Of a stretch of DNA of 58,104 nucleotides, positions 1-12,569 are shown piece after piece; positions within the stretch are counted from its first letter, which is position 1, and each line of letters begins with the position of its first letter. The notes beneath the pieces were generated by a model. The model was given only the letters and a program-made list of their open reading frames with translations, did no database searches and was not told the DNA's origin. The DNA lies in assembly GCA_026025075.1 (NCBI GenBank), contig JAPEUI010000048.1, positions 62,001 to 120,104 on the forward strand, in the 5' to 3' direction. This stretch comes from Vezdaea acicularis. Taxonomy: Eukaryota. The position numbers and the translations under genes are program-made.

Positions 1-2148
1 GTATTGAGCCTCAAAGCCATCCGTGATGGCTTTGATCTGAGCTTGCAAGGCAGCTTCAGCATTCCCCTTCCTATCCTCTGCATCCTCATCGTCTTCATCC
101 CCATTCTGGTCTCCTTCAAAAGAGGTTTCTCGGAGCCTCGCCTCACGTTCAAATTTTGTGACCTCCTCCATTTCTCTTTCTTTAGTTTTCGCATATAAAC
201 TATAGAGGGCGTCTAAGACCTTGTCGTAAGGTTCCCGAACGATCTCACTTCGCTTGATATTATCATCGTCTCCAACGTCTTTCTTGGGGGCGATCTCAAG
301 TCGATCCGCCCTCTTAAATGCAAGGAGGCAGCTTTCTGGATTCCGAGCGATACCCTGAATTAATAGGTCGTCTCCTTCGGTAATGAGACCTTGCATAATG
401 CAGAAAGATGCGGCGTCATACCACATTTCAGGCCAGAACTGCAGCGCCATAAGGGCTTGCTTATAAACATATATGACCCGATCATTGAAGGCTTTGATGT
501 CTTCATCCTTGAGAGCAAGCGGGTCTTCTTTTTCCCATTCTAACCAACGTTTCCAAATTTGCACCTGATTCATGTATTCGTCGAAACCATCAAAGCCGGG
601 AGCTGGAGGCAACCTAGGTAAGGTTGTGCGATTTAGGCCCCGGGTGATATTTTGCAAAGCTTTGTAGGAGGACTGAGCAGACATGTACGCTGGAGATTTG
701 TCCTGAAGCGCTTTTCGACCCTATCTCGCCACTTATAAGCAAAATCCTTTTATGGTTATTTTTAGGGGGACAAACCGTTATCTTATTCAGACCGATCTCG
801 AAAGCATTGTATTCTTTCCACATCGTTGTAACCATCTGGTTAGGGACACAAATTGCTCGCTGGTATGCTTTCCGTAGGAGATCCATTTTCTGTTGGTCCT
901 GCCAGCTGCTTCCTCCTACAGTGCCAGGTGCGGAGCGCACGAATTGAAGGTAGTCATTCCATATATGCCCAGAATCCTGATCGATCCCTACCTTAGAAAG
1001 TACAAAGTCATATGCTTGTGAGATAACATTGCGAGCTTGCCCAGTAGAGTCAGTGCTAAGGTTGTTTCGCCGGCGCACATAGTCAAGATAGACTTTCCAG
1101 AGCTGCACACTTGGAACAGAGAGTAGCGACTTATTGAATATCTGCTCTGCGTTGTAAAAGTTGTCTTGTGAGAGTTCCATCTCTGCGTATGCGACCCATT
1201 GCTCTGCCTGCCAACTGCATCAGTGGTGGTTCGGAGGGGAAGTGGACAAGAAAATCAACTTACTGCCAGAGGGAAGTATTTGAGAAACCGTTCATAGACA
1301 CCCCTAGCTTCAGGAAGCTTATTGCGCTTTCTATGTTCGCTGATTAGACCAAGCCATGCCTCTAGATCCCCCCGAGGATCGGCTTTAATCCTGTCTTCGA
1401 AGATTCCAACAGTATCGTGCGGTAATCGTGCTTTGGGAACGCCACTTGCAGTAGAGGACGCTGTCAACTGAGGATTATGCTCACTTGCGCTAACGGAGGT
1501 AGAGGCCCCTAGAACCTTCGCGCCAGGGGCACTCGCACCATTGGAGATAACACTAGCAACACCACTTGAGTTCAAAACGTCTGCCTCATGCGATGATACA
1601 CTTTGTGCAAAAGGAACATTGGCTAAAGGAGAACGTGAAATGGAACGATTGGGGGCACTAAGCGCGTTAGTCCCAGCATTTGATGCCACCCCAGGATTAA
1701 GCAGGCCTTTTGTAACTGGTGGCACGTCCTCATCGTCGTCAACAAGGAAGCCTCCAATAGTTCGAGGCTTAGGAGGTAATGCTAGGTTTCCGAGAGGCGT
1801 CCCGACTGATGTGGTGTCCGCAGAAGCAGATCGAGATTGATGTACACGGCTTTCCGGCGTCCCAGGGTGTTCTGCAGAAATGGTGGGTGAAGGAAGGGAT
1901 TCGTTAGTAGCTTGGAGAGCAAAAGATGAAAGGGGATCAGATTCCACGGTTTTAAGAGGCTTGGAGACTAGAGCATCACTGCTTTGATCATTTGAGAGCG
2001 CAGGCATTGATGATTCTTCCACTTGTTCTTTAGTAGTAGTAGAAAGAAAATCGGACCGTTGAGCATCATGACCCAAAGCTCCGTTCGGAGGTTCATCCAT
2101 CGAGCCTGTAACTCTTCTTAGATTCAGAAAGTCTTCTTCGGCATCCAT
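1..2148 (-). CDS. RNA14: mRNA 3'-end processing factor Rna14/CstF-77 (HAT repeats); runs off the left edge of the window
   Basis: Motifs RLPHDTVGIFEDRIKADPRGDLEAW, LWKVYLDYVRRRNNL, GGSSWQDQQKMDLLRKAYQRAICVP, and downstream WEKEDPLALK / FWPEMWYDAASF. Introns 1208-1263 (GTAAGT..CAG) and 721-775 (GTTTGT..TAG) join the ORFs in frame. ATG at 2148 (MDAEEDFL). Confidence 0.93.
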
Positions 2149-2651
2149 GTCCAACACAGCCAGATGCAGCTAGAAGAGGGCCCCCAATATTGTGCCGAGC
2201 TTTGCTTCGCAAGAAGTCCTTACTATCGTCAATAAGAAAAGAATTGGACGTAGTTGACTGAGAATCACCTGTCATGAAACCACAGCAGAGTACGTTGAGT
2301 TCGAGGCTTGAGGCTTGAGGGCTCTACCCGTAAAGAGCCTGCCAAAAGGTGATGTGTAAGGAGGAAAGAAGAGGAAATCCGGCTTTATAGCGCGAGTATT
2401 GTCTGAATGAAAGGAAGATTGAGCACTGGACCCATGGTTTCGGAGAACTTGCGACCGTGAAAGGCTGGTAATCACGTGACGCTCTAAAAATGCCATAAAA
2501 GCCTATAGATGTCCCCTCTATCGCAAATTACTGTGCCAATAATCACTGAAAGCGTTATGGGGGTATTAATGTGAACCTGATCTGGGTAGATGAATACTGG
2601 ATCGTGCGCTCTTTACCACGTCAGTCCAACCATTGACGAATCTGGAACCAT

Positions 2652-2686
2652 ACGCGGTCGACGCGATCTCTCGGATAAGCTCGCGA
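2652..2686. promoter_or_regulatory. MCB-like CGCG cluster in the divergent RNA14/ASF1 promoter
   Basis: ACGCG 2652-2656, ACGCGA 2661-2666 and TCGCGA 2681-2686, about 190-220 nt upstream of the ASF1 ATG. Confidence 0.45.
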
Positions 2687-2872
2687 CACCAAAACTTATC
2701 TCAAGGTTCTCTAAACATCAAAGAGTCAATAACTTCATGCCACCATATTACAACACCGCTGAGGCAATTTCATAAGTCAACAGTACCCTCAAAAGCTCAA
2801 CCTTGTTCAAGTCTTCTAATTGATAACTTCATACGTCGGGCTGCCTTCCAAAATACCACCCCACCTTTCAAG

Positions 2873-3930
2873 ATGTCTGTAGTCTCGCTTTTGGGGGTGA
2901 AGGTCCTCAACAATCCAGCCTCTTTCAGCGCTCCCTATGAGTTCGAGATAACATTTGAATGCCTGGAGCAGCTTCATAAAGGTTTTCTAGTCTATCCCGC
3001 TGCTCTCTTCGACTTGAGCTCAGTGAATAACCTTGAGTAGATCTAGAATGGAAGTTGACCTATGTCGGCTCCGCAAGCACCTCTGAGTTTGACCAAGAGC
3101 TCGACTCACTTCTTGTGGGCCCCATTCCAGTTGGTGTCAACAAGTTCATCTTCGAAGCCGACGCTCCAGATCTTACACGAATTCCTGCGTCTGACATCCT
3201 CGGCGTTACCGTCATTCTGCTCACTTGCAGCTACGACGGGAGGGAATTTGTGCGTGTGGGATACTACGTCAACAATGAGTATGACTCAGATGAGCTAAAC
3301 CAAGAGCCGCCTAGCAAGCCCATCATCGAGAAGGTTAGGAGGAACGTCCTAGCGGAGAAACCAAGGGTTACGCGCTTTGCCATCAAATGGTAAGTTGCTT
3401 TCACGTCGTTTTCACCCTCTATCCTTCCCCTTTGAGCCCTCTCCGTTCGCACTACTTCTCTAGGCACCCTGCCTCTCTTCCATCCGAAATGGCTGACAGC
3501 CTTCCTCACCAGGGATTCCGAAGAATCCGCCCCAGCTGAATTCCCCCCCGACCAACCAGAAGCCGACGCCGTCGAAGAAGACAGCCTAACCTATGGTATC
3601 GAAGAAGAGGAGGAGGAGGAGGATCTAGTCGAAGGCGAAGCCAGCGTTACTAAGGACCTTGATGAGGATGCCGAGATGGCAGGCGCCGACGATACTGCTG
3701 GAGCCCCCATCCCTATGCCAGGCAACGAAGAAGACGCGGGCAGCGAAGATCTCGAAGCCGAGAGTAGTGGCAGTGACGAAGAAGAAGATGGAGAGGAAGA
3801 AGAAGTTGAAGGCGACGGCGGCGAGGACGAGGACATGGACATGGGGGAAGAAGCTGGACATCCAGGCAAAGCAGCAGAAAACGGGCATCCTGCTAGTGGG
3901 GCGCATGCGCAGGAGGCCATGGTCCACTAG
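2873..3930 (+). CDS. ASF1: Histone H3-H4 chaperone Asf1
   Basis: [16 protein letters not shown]...[54 protein letters not shown] and [12 protein letters not shown], followed by an acidic tail. Exons 2873-2981, 3041-3389, 3513-3930. Confidence 0.98.
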
Positions 3931-4232
3931 CTCAGTCAGGTCCATTTACTTTTTAAACTTCAGCTTATGGGGGGCCTTGGACAGAGCAAGGGCCTGGAGA
4001 CGAATGCGCATGATGTTTTACTATACGGCGACTATAGCACATGGCGGGCGGATGGACGGGGTCGACATTTCCTAGTAGCTCGCAAGCGGACATAGGCCCT
4101 GAAACGGACCGCCGATAGCACCTCACTTCACATGATCAAACAGTCTCGATCTGAAGTCATTCTTACAGAAAACCACGCCTATGATAGATATTTTCCATAT
4201 AAGCTACTCACCAGCTCAGCTCATCCGACTCG

Positions 4233-7200
4233 CTAAAATCCAAATTTGCTCTTGAGACCTCCCATGACGATATTCCTTTTCTGCCTGCCCACGAATTTAC
4301 TCACATCCTCCTGCCAGCCCGCGCTATTCTCTTGCACACGATCCATCGAGTCACCAGCCAAGCCCAGCTGCTCCGTCCGCTCGTTCAGCTGCCGTTGCAT
4401 GTATTCACCCCACCCCTCATCTCTCGTGCCTGCCCTGCTATTCCCTCCACGCTTCTGCGCTTCGCGAACGGCAGCTCGCTGTTTTTCGGAGGGCGGTCGA
4501 TCAGGGCCGCCTATGAGAATATCCATGTCTGTGGGCGTCACATATTGCGTACCGGAGATCCATTGCAGGTTCGAGATTGTGGGGCGTGGGGGAAGGGTTA
4601 ACTCGGGGTTGAAGAGTTTATCTTGGGATTTGGGCCTAGGACACTGTAAGTCAAAGTTTCAAGATGTCGAAATTTAGCATAGCGTACAATGACTTGCCAG
4701 TTCCCCAGACATTAACCATGGCAACTTCGCTAGGTCCACTCCAACCAATAATATCTCCGGAATCCATGATATACGCGTCTTTGAACCTTCGAGTCTCCAT
4801 CACGTCTCGCAGTTTCACAACTCCTAGCTCTTTCAGGCCAGGCAAGCTGAAGCACCGGGCTGTGCCATCTCCGAAAAGCCCTACGAGTGCTTTTCCTCTC
4901 GCATCAAAGTCTACAATAGTGGCTTTGTGGCATAGAAACTCGTCCCATGTCTTGCTTGCCCCTTTCGCAGTGGCAGGTTTGAAGATTCTGCATCCGGTCG
5001 CAGTTGTAACTACGACTACGCCGTTAATCTTGAAGCCTTCTCGAAGTTTCGCCACAGTGGATGGGACAGCATGCGCTAACTGGCCACTGTCGGCGTTCAA
5101 GGGTGAAATGGAGATGACGGGAGATGATTCAAGGGTGATAGACCCAGCGAGGGCAACGCTGTAACGTCCACCTGCTCCAGGCAGGATCTTGAAGGTTGCG
5201 AAGCGTGAGTGAGAGGTACCGACAAAGCAAAGGATGCTAGAGTACGCTATAGAGATTCAGCCAACATATTCTTCCGGGATGGAAAGGTGGAGAGGGGGCT
5301 ACCATCGTTGTCAACGGTCATGACCCCGAACTCGATGCTTGTAGGGACCTCCAGCTGACCAGGAGGCTGCCCTTGACGACTGCGCCGTATGCTGCCCCGC
5401 TTACTCTGTTTCTCGATGTCTGACAAGCCAGCTTGGTAGATTACCGCAGGTCCCTAAACAATATTCAGTCCTTTACTAATGTTACCTACATAAGAAGAGA
5501 CCTACCCTGAGATCAATGATTGCAATATCACCACTCTCGTAGCCAATGGCCACAAAACCAATATCACTCATCTTGAGCACACATATTGGCCCTTGCTCCT
5601 CCTTCAACATCGATAGCGGCATGAGACCCGCCTTCAGCCCCGCATCTGCCCGTTCCCGGATATTCACTAGCCCACAAGGATCATCTCCGTCTGGAGGTGG
5701 AGGCTCACGCCCAAAGCTATGATTCCTATCCCATCTAAAGATGACGACTTCGCCAGACCGAAGCCCTACGGCAAGCTCGCCCGTAGTACCAGACATAGAC
5801 ATCTGCATGACCTCAAGGTCTTCTACGCGGCCTAGAGCACGAGCAATATCCACCTGCAGGACATCACCCATTTCAATTTCGTCGGCATGTCCGGCATCCC
5901 AGATCCTGATGGTACCATCAGCGTGGGCTACTTGCACGATGTTGCGACCTTCATATCTTTTGAGTGGATGTGTGGCCTCCGCGCCCCCTTTGAGGATTGG
6001 TGGGCCGTAGGGGCGTTCTTCTTTCATAGTGAGCCATCGTGTCCGCTCAAGGGAGGCAACATCGAAATGAGTAAGGAACGGGTGGACAAAGGAAAGAGAA
6101 AGGTGGAGTTGGTTGGTAGGCGATATGGGATGGCCACTAGGAAAGCTGAGCGTCGTTATTTCTCCGGTGGCTAGAAGAGCTACGACGGCTATAGGATCTT
6201 GCGCGCCAGCGAAATATGGAGAAGAGCGGGGTATCAAGCAGAAGTCAACAACGGGAGCAGGTGGAGGAGTTTCTAGGATGTGCTGGCGCTTCGGCGCCTC
6301 GAAATGACCAGCTAAGCTCTCCCACGTCGCCGTCTGATAGACTGGAGTAGGTCCAAGGTCCAACCAAGTGAGTCCTCTGGACTTGGAACTAGTAGATGTG
6401 CCACCAGCGATCAGGAGTCCTGTATCATCGGGATTCTCCTTGCAACACCATGAAACCTTAAATAGGGGCTCTTTCACAGCATAAGTTCCAGGTGTGGCAC
6501 CGTAGCTACCTAAGGCAGCGCCTTGCCTATTGACATTTGTGTTTTGTAGTGTCCTAGCGAGGACCAACCTTCCATCCTTTGGATCCCAGAAGACAAGGCT
6601 TGAGTCTTCATGCGCCGTTAGAATGAAAGTGCCAGTAGGATGCCAGACCGCCTGCGTCAGCTTTGGATGCCTTACGCTGTTCAATGGAGTCGGATCCGAA
6701 TCACCCCCTGGCGCTCCAGGTGGCAGCTCGTACAGGAAGAATTTGAGAGCTTTAGCCAGTTTGAATGAGAATATGACTGCGCCATCCGTATACCCTATCA
6801 GCATCGACCCAATATCTCTAGGGTGTAGTTCCAAGCTAACAATGGGTGTTGAGCGTGCTTTTGGATGTTGCTCCCTCCAGAAATTTGGGATCCGCCATAG
6901 GGCCATGGCCTGCCGGTCTAGATCATAGGCTACGATCTCCCCTACTCCACGTTAGTAAGATCTTCTATTTATATTGGTTTCAATCTACCGTTTTGTAACC
7001 CTAAGAAAGCCCAATCTAAACTTGGATCCGATGTCATAGCCGTGATGTAACTCGGTGGTGTATGGCTTGATACCAACTTATTTGAGACCAGAGAATATAT
7101 ACAAAGTTCATTTTTATTGGTCACACAGACTAACTTGTCTGCGCAAAACTCTAGATTCTTGACGCCAGCTTTACGTGGCAGGGGGAATACCACGGAGACC

Positions 7201-7485
7201 CTCTTTTGCCCGAAGACATAAATTTGACCACTACCATTTTTGGACTCACTTGTCCCAACCGCAAGGAGGGACTGGATTGGATCATAGGTAAATGTACTGG
7301 TTTGCGCGTTGATGCCATAGCGAGCTATCTGATAGCTTTGTTAGCTATAGAAGCTGTTAGGAGCGCTTCGTATGACATGGAGGAGTATATGTACGCACAT
7401 CATCCAGGGCAAAGAGCTCGGGAATTATGCCAGCTGAAAGATCATTTTGTACCCCAGCTTGCTTGCCGCGAAGGAAGTGAGCCAT
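4233..7485 (-). CDS. SRO7: Sro7/Sro77 (Lgl/tomosyn family) WD40 exocytosis regulator with a C-terminal SNARE-like coil
   Basis: Start MAHFLRGKQAGVQNDLSAG. Then YDPIQSLLAVGT, DPSLDWAFLGLQNG, LHPRDIGSMLIGY, WHPTGTFILTAHEDSSLVFWD, and a C-terminal YMQRQLNERTEQL. Multi-exon; several GT-AG introns link the ORF fragments. Confidence 0.93.
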
Positions 7486-7945
7486 TTTGCGAATAGCTCA
7501 TCGGCTCTTGCCAGAAGTGCTGAGATGAGTGCACTATGGACGCAGCGTGACGGTCGCGGGGTGGAGCGCGGAGCTTTATGAACTCGGCAGCTTGACAAGC
7601 CTCGCCAAATTGGCCGGTCAGCAATCCACCGAATGTCACGATCTCGTTACTTCTCTCATTCACAAGCATATACATAATTTCGAGCCATGTGGTTGTGGGC
7701 CTACGGTGAAACATTTAGATGCTCTATCTAACTTACGAACATGCCATGCCACCAATCAACTCCTTCCATACATGCTCGCAACGTAGATTCTACTACCAAG
7801 TCGTAGCCTATGCAGTGACACTGACAAGTGAGGTCTCTATCTATAACAGAATTCACCATCAAAGGGCTCCGATCAATGGTGCTATGCAGTCATAAATCCC
7901 GCAACATTTTGGGGATAGGCTCTAGTCGTTTCGATTATGCTGAAA

Positions 7946-10298
7946 TTAACCAGACCATCCCAGCCCCTCCAACTCTCCTCGCACACCTTCTTCCGTCGCG
8001 ATCTTCTTCATCTGAGTGTCCTCAAGCTTTTCACCCCCTGCGAGTCTCATCTTCAAATCGTCGATTGCACGCATCTTCTTGAGAAGGCCCCGTATCTTTT
8101 TGTCATGTGAGCTACCCTGGCTATTACTGTCTGGCGAGAGCGCAATTGGCACCTCAATCATTTCCGGAACCTCTGGGGCTGGCGCCGCTGAGGTGACATG
8201 TGAAGCACCTCCCGTAGCAGCTGACTCGTTATTTGACCTGTTTCGAGATCGCGTTCCATTTTCTAGATTGCCTTTTGATCGAGTACGAGAATGTGAGCGA
8301 ACTCGGCGATCTGCACCCTGAATGGGCTCAAATGCAGCATCAGGCGTTAAATTTGATGCTGCCTTTTCAGCTTCCCTCATCTTCTTCGCTTCCCGTCTCT
8401 TCTTATTCTTAAGTGCCACCTTTGAGAGCTGCTCATCGCTTTCAGGCGCAGGAGTGAGACTGACACCACCACCCGGAGCAGCGCCTGGTGGTAAGGGCTC
8501 ACCGGCCACAGGTTCGGAGCCTGGGACATCCTTTTTTTTCCTGCCCATCCCATTGATGTTAGCAGCAAATGACGAGACGCCATTGTTGATATGTGCAGCA
8601 CCACCTTCGTCCTCTCTCTTGAAGTGTAGAGGTGTCACTTGACCTCGAGCTCCAGGTGGTCGATATGCACCCACTGGTTTTGATGGAGTCTTTACTGTCC
8701 CTAAATAAGCTAAGGCGGATGAATGAGGTTTAGGGACCGAGCTGAAGGGGTTGGCTGGAAGTGGGTGGGTCGTAGGTGATTGAGGCCGCCAGGTGACATG
8801 GTAGAGTTCGACCATATCCTCATTGTACATGAGACCACCACCCACATGCCAGATGCGTATACCATTATCGACGCGCAAGCGCGGGCTCGTTGTCGCAGTC
8901 AAGATGCAAGTTCCATCCGGGCTCCAGTTACAGACGCTAGGATTGCCACCTTCAATTGTTGTAACTTTCTGATAGTCCTTCTCAAGATCATAGATATCTA
9001 TCTGGCCGGCAAGGTTGCCGAAACCTGCGACTAATACAAACCGACCATGAGGTGAGAATGATATCGTGTTCCGCGGTCCAAGAGGAAATGAGTGTTTTGC
9101 AGCAGCCCGAACATTGAATATAGTTGTTTTCGCAGGCATCTGTCCATATACCACACCAAATTCTTTTGAGTTAGGGGACCAACTTACATCGTAAATCGGC
9201 CCCTCTCTGTCTACAAATTGTTAGAAATTGGTTCTGTAAGGCTTCCATAGAACGTACCAAGCTGGATTCTTGAGTCAAATCCCCCATTGGCACTCAGGAT
9301 GTAGAGAGTAGTCTCCCCATAGTAGCTCTTTCCCGTTTTATCCACCTCGGTTTGGGCTAGCACAATCAAGCTTGTTCCAAGGCTATTCCATTTCAACTGC
9401 ACCTTGTCGCCCTTGAAAAATGTCTTCTGGGACAACGGAGTCTCGAATTGTGGCACATTAAAAACTTTTACAGCAGCTGGTTGGCCTTTATGTTCAGGGA
9501 TGAAGACGGCAACTGAATGCGTCTTCCCAGGCGATATTGCAAAGTCTTTGACGCCCTCGACTCTGAGCTTGTTCCATACCGTACCAAGATCCCCGCTCTT
9601 GTAGAACTGCACTTCATTGGTGACGACTCTTGCGCAGAATTGCTCGTCCGATGTGTACTGAAGATTCCATCCAGTCTGAGATTTTTGAACAAATTTACCG
9701 ACCGCGACCCGCTCTTGCTCTGTGGTCTCGTCGCTCTCAACAGTCTTCCAAACTTTCAGATTCTTGCTTGAGTCGCCATTTTCATCTTTTGAGGGTCTCT
9801 GCCAAGTGATTATGTGCGTGCCCAAGGGCGAAAACCCAAGCTCGTACACATTCTCTGCAGGTAGAGAGGCTATGGGGAAGCCGACAGAAGCATCAATGAC
9901 AAGAACCCTGGAGTGCTTTAGCTTAATCCAACGCTTGTAGTTTCCTAAATGCACTTACTCCGTCTGCGATGCCCATGCGAAATACCTTCCACAAGGTGAG
10001 TAAGTGCAGCAGCGCAGATTACCTTCCGGTCTAGACGTAGCACCATATTAGCCTGGTAAGACACCCGCGGGGATAGTAACGTATGCTGAAGTGTGGGATT
10101 CTTTATTGGAGTTTCGGTACTACATACTTCTGGAAACCAGGCAAAGGCTCGTACACCGGTGCGGCATCCACAATCCCGATTCCCTTCAAGGTTCGATCTG
10201 TAACTAGTGTGAGCTGCCTCTTCGGGTTCTGAGAGCAGCCTGAGGCTCTTATTATGTGAATGAGCGAACTCACAAGCAAACTGCGTTGGAACGGCCAT
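7946..10298 (-). CDS. Eukaryotic translation initiation factor 2A
   Basis: FSPLGTHIITWQRP, SQKTFFKGDKVQLKWN, TEVDKTGKSYYGET, LVAGFGNLAGQIDIYD, ATTSPRLRVDNG, YRPPGARG and C-terminal KKIRGLLKKMRAIDDLK. Five exons starting MAVPTQFA|YRTLKGI. Confidence 0.95.
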
Positions 10299-10678
10299 GG
10301 CTACCTAAAGCCACAGATATCTGGACAGGTGTTGCTTTCGAAAATGGGTAAGCTCGGACCGCTGAGGATGTCGGGCGTGAACTGAATGTTTTTGGTTGAC
10401 GAGAAACAACGAAGCGAGTTGCAGTTTCGGTAAAATTCAGCTGCACAGTGAACTCGGCCCCTCCCGCTCCTGTAACTTTTCGGAGGTTCCCAGTAAATCT
10501 CAATTTTGGTGACTAACAATTTTCTTAAGTTAGATGTTTTTGGACTGTTTAGAGGGACCTCTATTTACTTCAGATTACGACCGTATCAAGAAGATGTGTC
10601 CAAAGCTCAAGTGATTTTAATGCTTGAACACGGTTTTTAGAACAAAGATTTCGATGCTGCTAGGGTGAGATGTGGCCG

Positions 10679-10749
10679 GAAATTTTGAATCAAAAGTTGA
10701 AAATTTGACCAAAAGCACGCAGACGCTTTACATATCCTCGAAATTTTTG
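10679..10749. promoter_or_regulatory. RRPE-like motifs upstream of eIF2A
   Basis: GAAATTTTG, TGAAAATTTG (10698-10707) and CGAAATTTTTG (10739-10749) resemble the RRPE (TGAAAA/TTTT) element of translation and ribosome-biogenesis promoters. Confidence 0.3.
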
Positions 10750-11078
10750 GGTTGTGGTAGTACCTCGTGCAAGAATCGTCGCGAACCCCCGGTTGAGATT
10801 GTAAACCGTGTCGCAGGAACTCCGAGCGAATTAATCGGGTACGAAGGCTTCAAGTTTCTCGACTGAAACATCTCGACAGGAATATCAAGATCACGGGGCC
10901 TCTAAAAAGGACATAAATACTGTCTACATTAAACAAGGGAGAAGCCGCTACAGGCCCCCTCTAGCCCGCCAGCTACCCCATCTATTCCAGCCAAGTCCCG
11001 AAGCAAAGCAAACCTGGCCACTCATCCCATCGCATAAACACACAATGCCCCAAGATCCAGGCAATTGCCACTGACACA

Positions 11079-12011
11079 TCACTTCTCCTCAAACCCAAAT
11101 TTCCCCAACACTTTCCCGGCCTGCCCGTCCTCCGGGCTACCCATCGGCCTCCCACCTTCCGCCATCCGCTCACTCATGATCCTTTGGGCCGTCTCCGTGC
11201 CAGTCGCACCCACATTCCGCGCATGAATTGCCTGTTGAGCCGCCGGCGTCATTCCCGCCATATCCGTATCCACGTAATCCATACGTTCTTCCCTCGCCCA
11301 TCCCCCAGTCGGAACCGGCGTTCTCGCGGGGCCTTCAGCTCCATATGGTCTCCCCGCCACTGCAGCACTCGCACGCGACGAGATCGGCCCTGAGATAGTT
11401 GAGCTCGCTCCTTCGCCGAAGCCCACTAAGCTTGCGTTCCCTTCATCCGACAATCCGCCGGAAGAGACCGTGTCATCCTCAGGCCCCTCGCTCATTTTAT
11501 CCGCATCATAGACGTCACTCCCGCTTGCCCACGTAGTGCGACCACCAACACTCCCGGTTGCGCTGGCGGAGCCAACTGTAGAGCGCTCACGGGCTGGTAA
11601 ACCGGTTTGGTCGAAGTAGCCTGCTGGTGGCTGTGGAGCTTGCTGTGAGGAACCGGGGAGGAAGGCGGAGTTGGTAGAGAGGCCTTGACGGGCGGTGGCA
11701 ACGCGTTCGAGGCCAGCTAGGCGTGAGATGCGGTCAGCGCGCTCAGCATCGAGGGTTGTGCGGCTGGTAGAGTGTGTGTGGCCGCCATGAGCGTGTGGGT
11801 GGGGTAGTGAGTGGCCTTGGTGGCCATCTTTTATAGCGGTTGTACTAAGGGCGGAGAGGGAAGTTGTACCGGAGTTGGGGGTGCCGCTACGAGAGGGAGT
11901 TAGCAATGTGAGGTGGGAGAGGTTATTGCGGGTGGCATACGGGCCCATCTCAGACGGGGTGTCTGGGTTTGACGGTGGTGGGGGAAGATTGATAAGGGTT
12001 GGAGTCGACAT
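11079..12011 (-). CDS. Conserved fungal hypothetical low-complexity protein
   Basis: Long ORF starting MSTPTLINLPPPPS, with motifs TTSLSALSTTAIKDGHQG, AERADRISRLAGLERV and GGLSDEGNASLVGFGEGA. Probable 54-nt intron 11887-11940 (GTATGC..GCTAAC..TAG). Confidence 0.8.
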   Translation of the reverse strand: MSTPTLINLPPPPSNPDTPSEMGPYATRNNLSHLTLLTPSRSGTPNSGTTSLSALSTTAIKDGHQGHSLPHPHAHGGHTHSTSRTTLDAERADRISRLAGLERVATARQGLSTNSAFLPGSSQQAPQPPAGYFDQTGLPARERSTVGSASATGSVGGRTTWASGSDVYDADKMSEGPEDDTVSSGGLSDEGNASLVGFGEGASSTISGPISSRASAAVAGRPYGAEGPARTPVPTGGWAREERMDYVDTDMAGMTPAAQQAIHARNVGATGTETAQRIMSERMAEGGRPMGSPEDGQAGKVLGKFGFEEK

Positions 12012-12569
12012 AATTCTGAAGTTTTAGAATGACAAAATCGGTCAGTCAGGATTGTTTCCAGACCACTTCGAGGCTGTTTAGCTCAAGAACGCTTTTCCGC
12101 AGGGCTAATGAAGGAGCGTGCAGTGCACAAGAGAGATAAGGGTAGAAGCATGAAAGTGCTCGAAGCATAAAGCAAAGACCAATTCTCTAAGGGTCTGCAC
12201 GCTGCGGGGTTGTTGCAGGTTGGTTCCTGGATCGACGGAAGCGAAACGCCATGACGAGCGCCAAGACTTTTCGGACGTCCTCGACAACTGCATCACACAT
12301 CGAGTGTTTCAGCATTTGAAAGTCAGGTGAGTCAAGGGATCCATTCATATTAAGGTGTTAGGTAGTTCATGATACTTAAATAGGGAATGATTCCAATCAA
12401 AGCGCTCAAGTCACAAGCAGGACTCCCAGTTCCAAAGAGATTGCTGCAATTTGGGTTTCGAGCAAAATCATTATAGCTATAAAGAATAACGCCTTGAAAG
12501 GGAGAAAAAAACTGTTCATCTGTCCTCAAATCTTGTCATACTTGACCAGGCCCAAGCTAGAAATGATAT

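Noticed and set aside
2572..2600. GAACCTGATCTGGGTA resembles the P4/P5 part of a TPP riboswitch
   Set aside because: The required CCAG-CG complement and upstream CTGAGA/ATACC elements are absent, and the neighbours are not thiamine genes.
10620..10760. AATTTTTGG as an Sm site of a spliceosomal snRNA
   Set aside because: No U1, U2, U4 or U5 hallmark sequence is nearby; an RRPE-like promoter motif explains it better.
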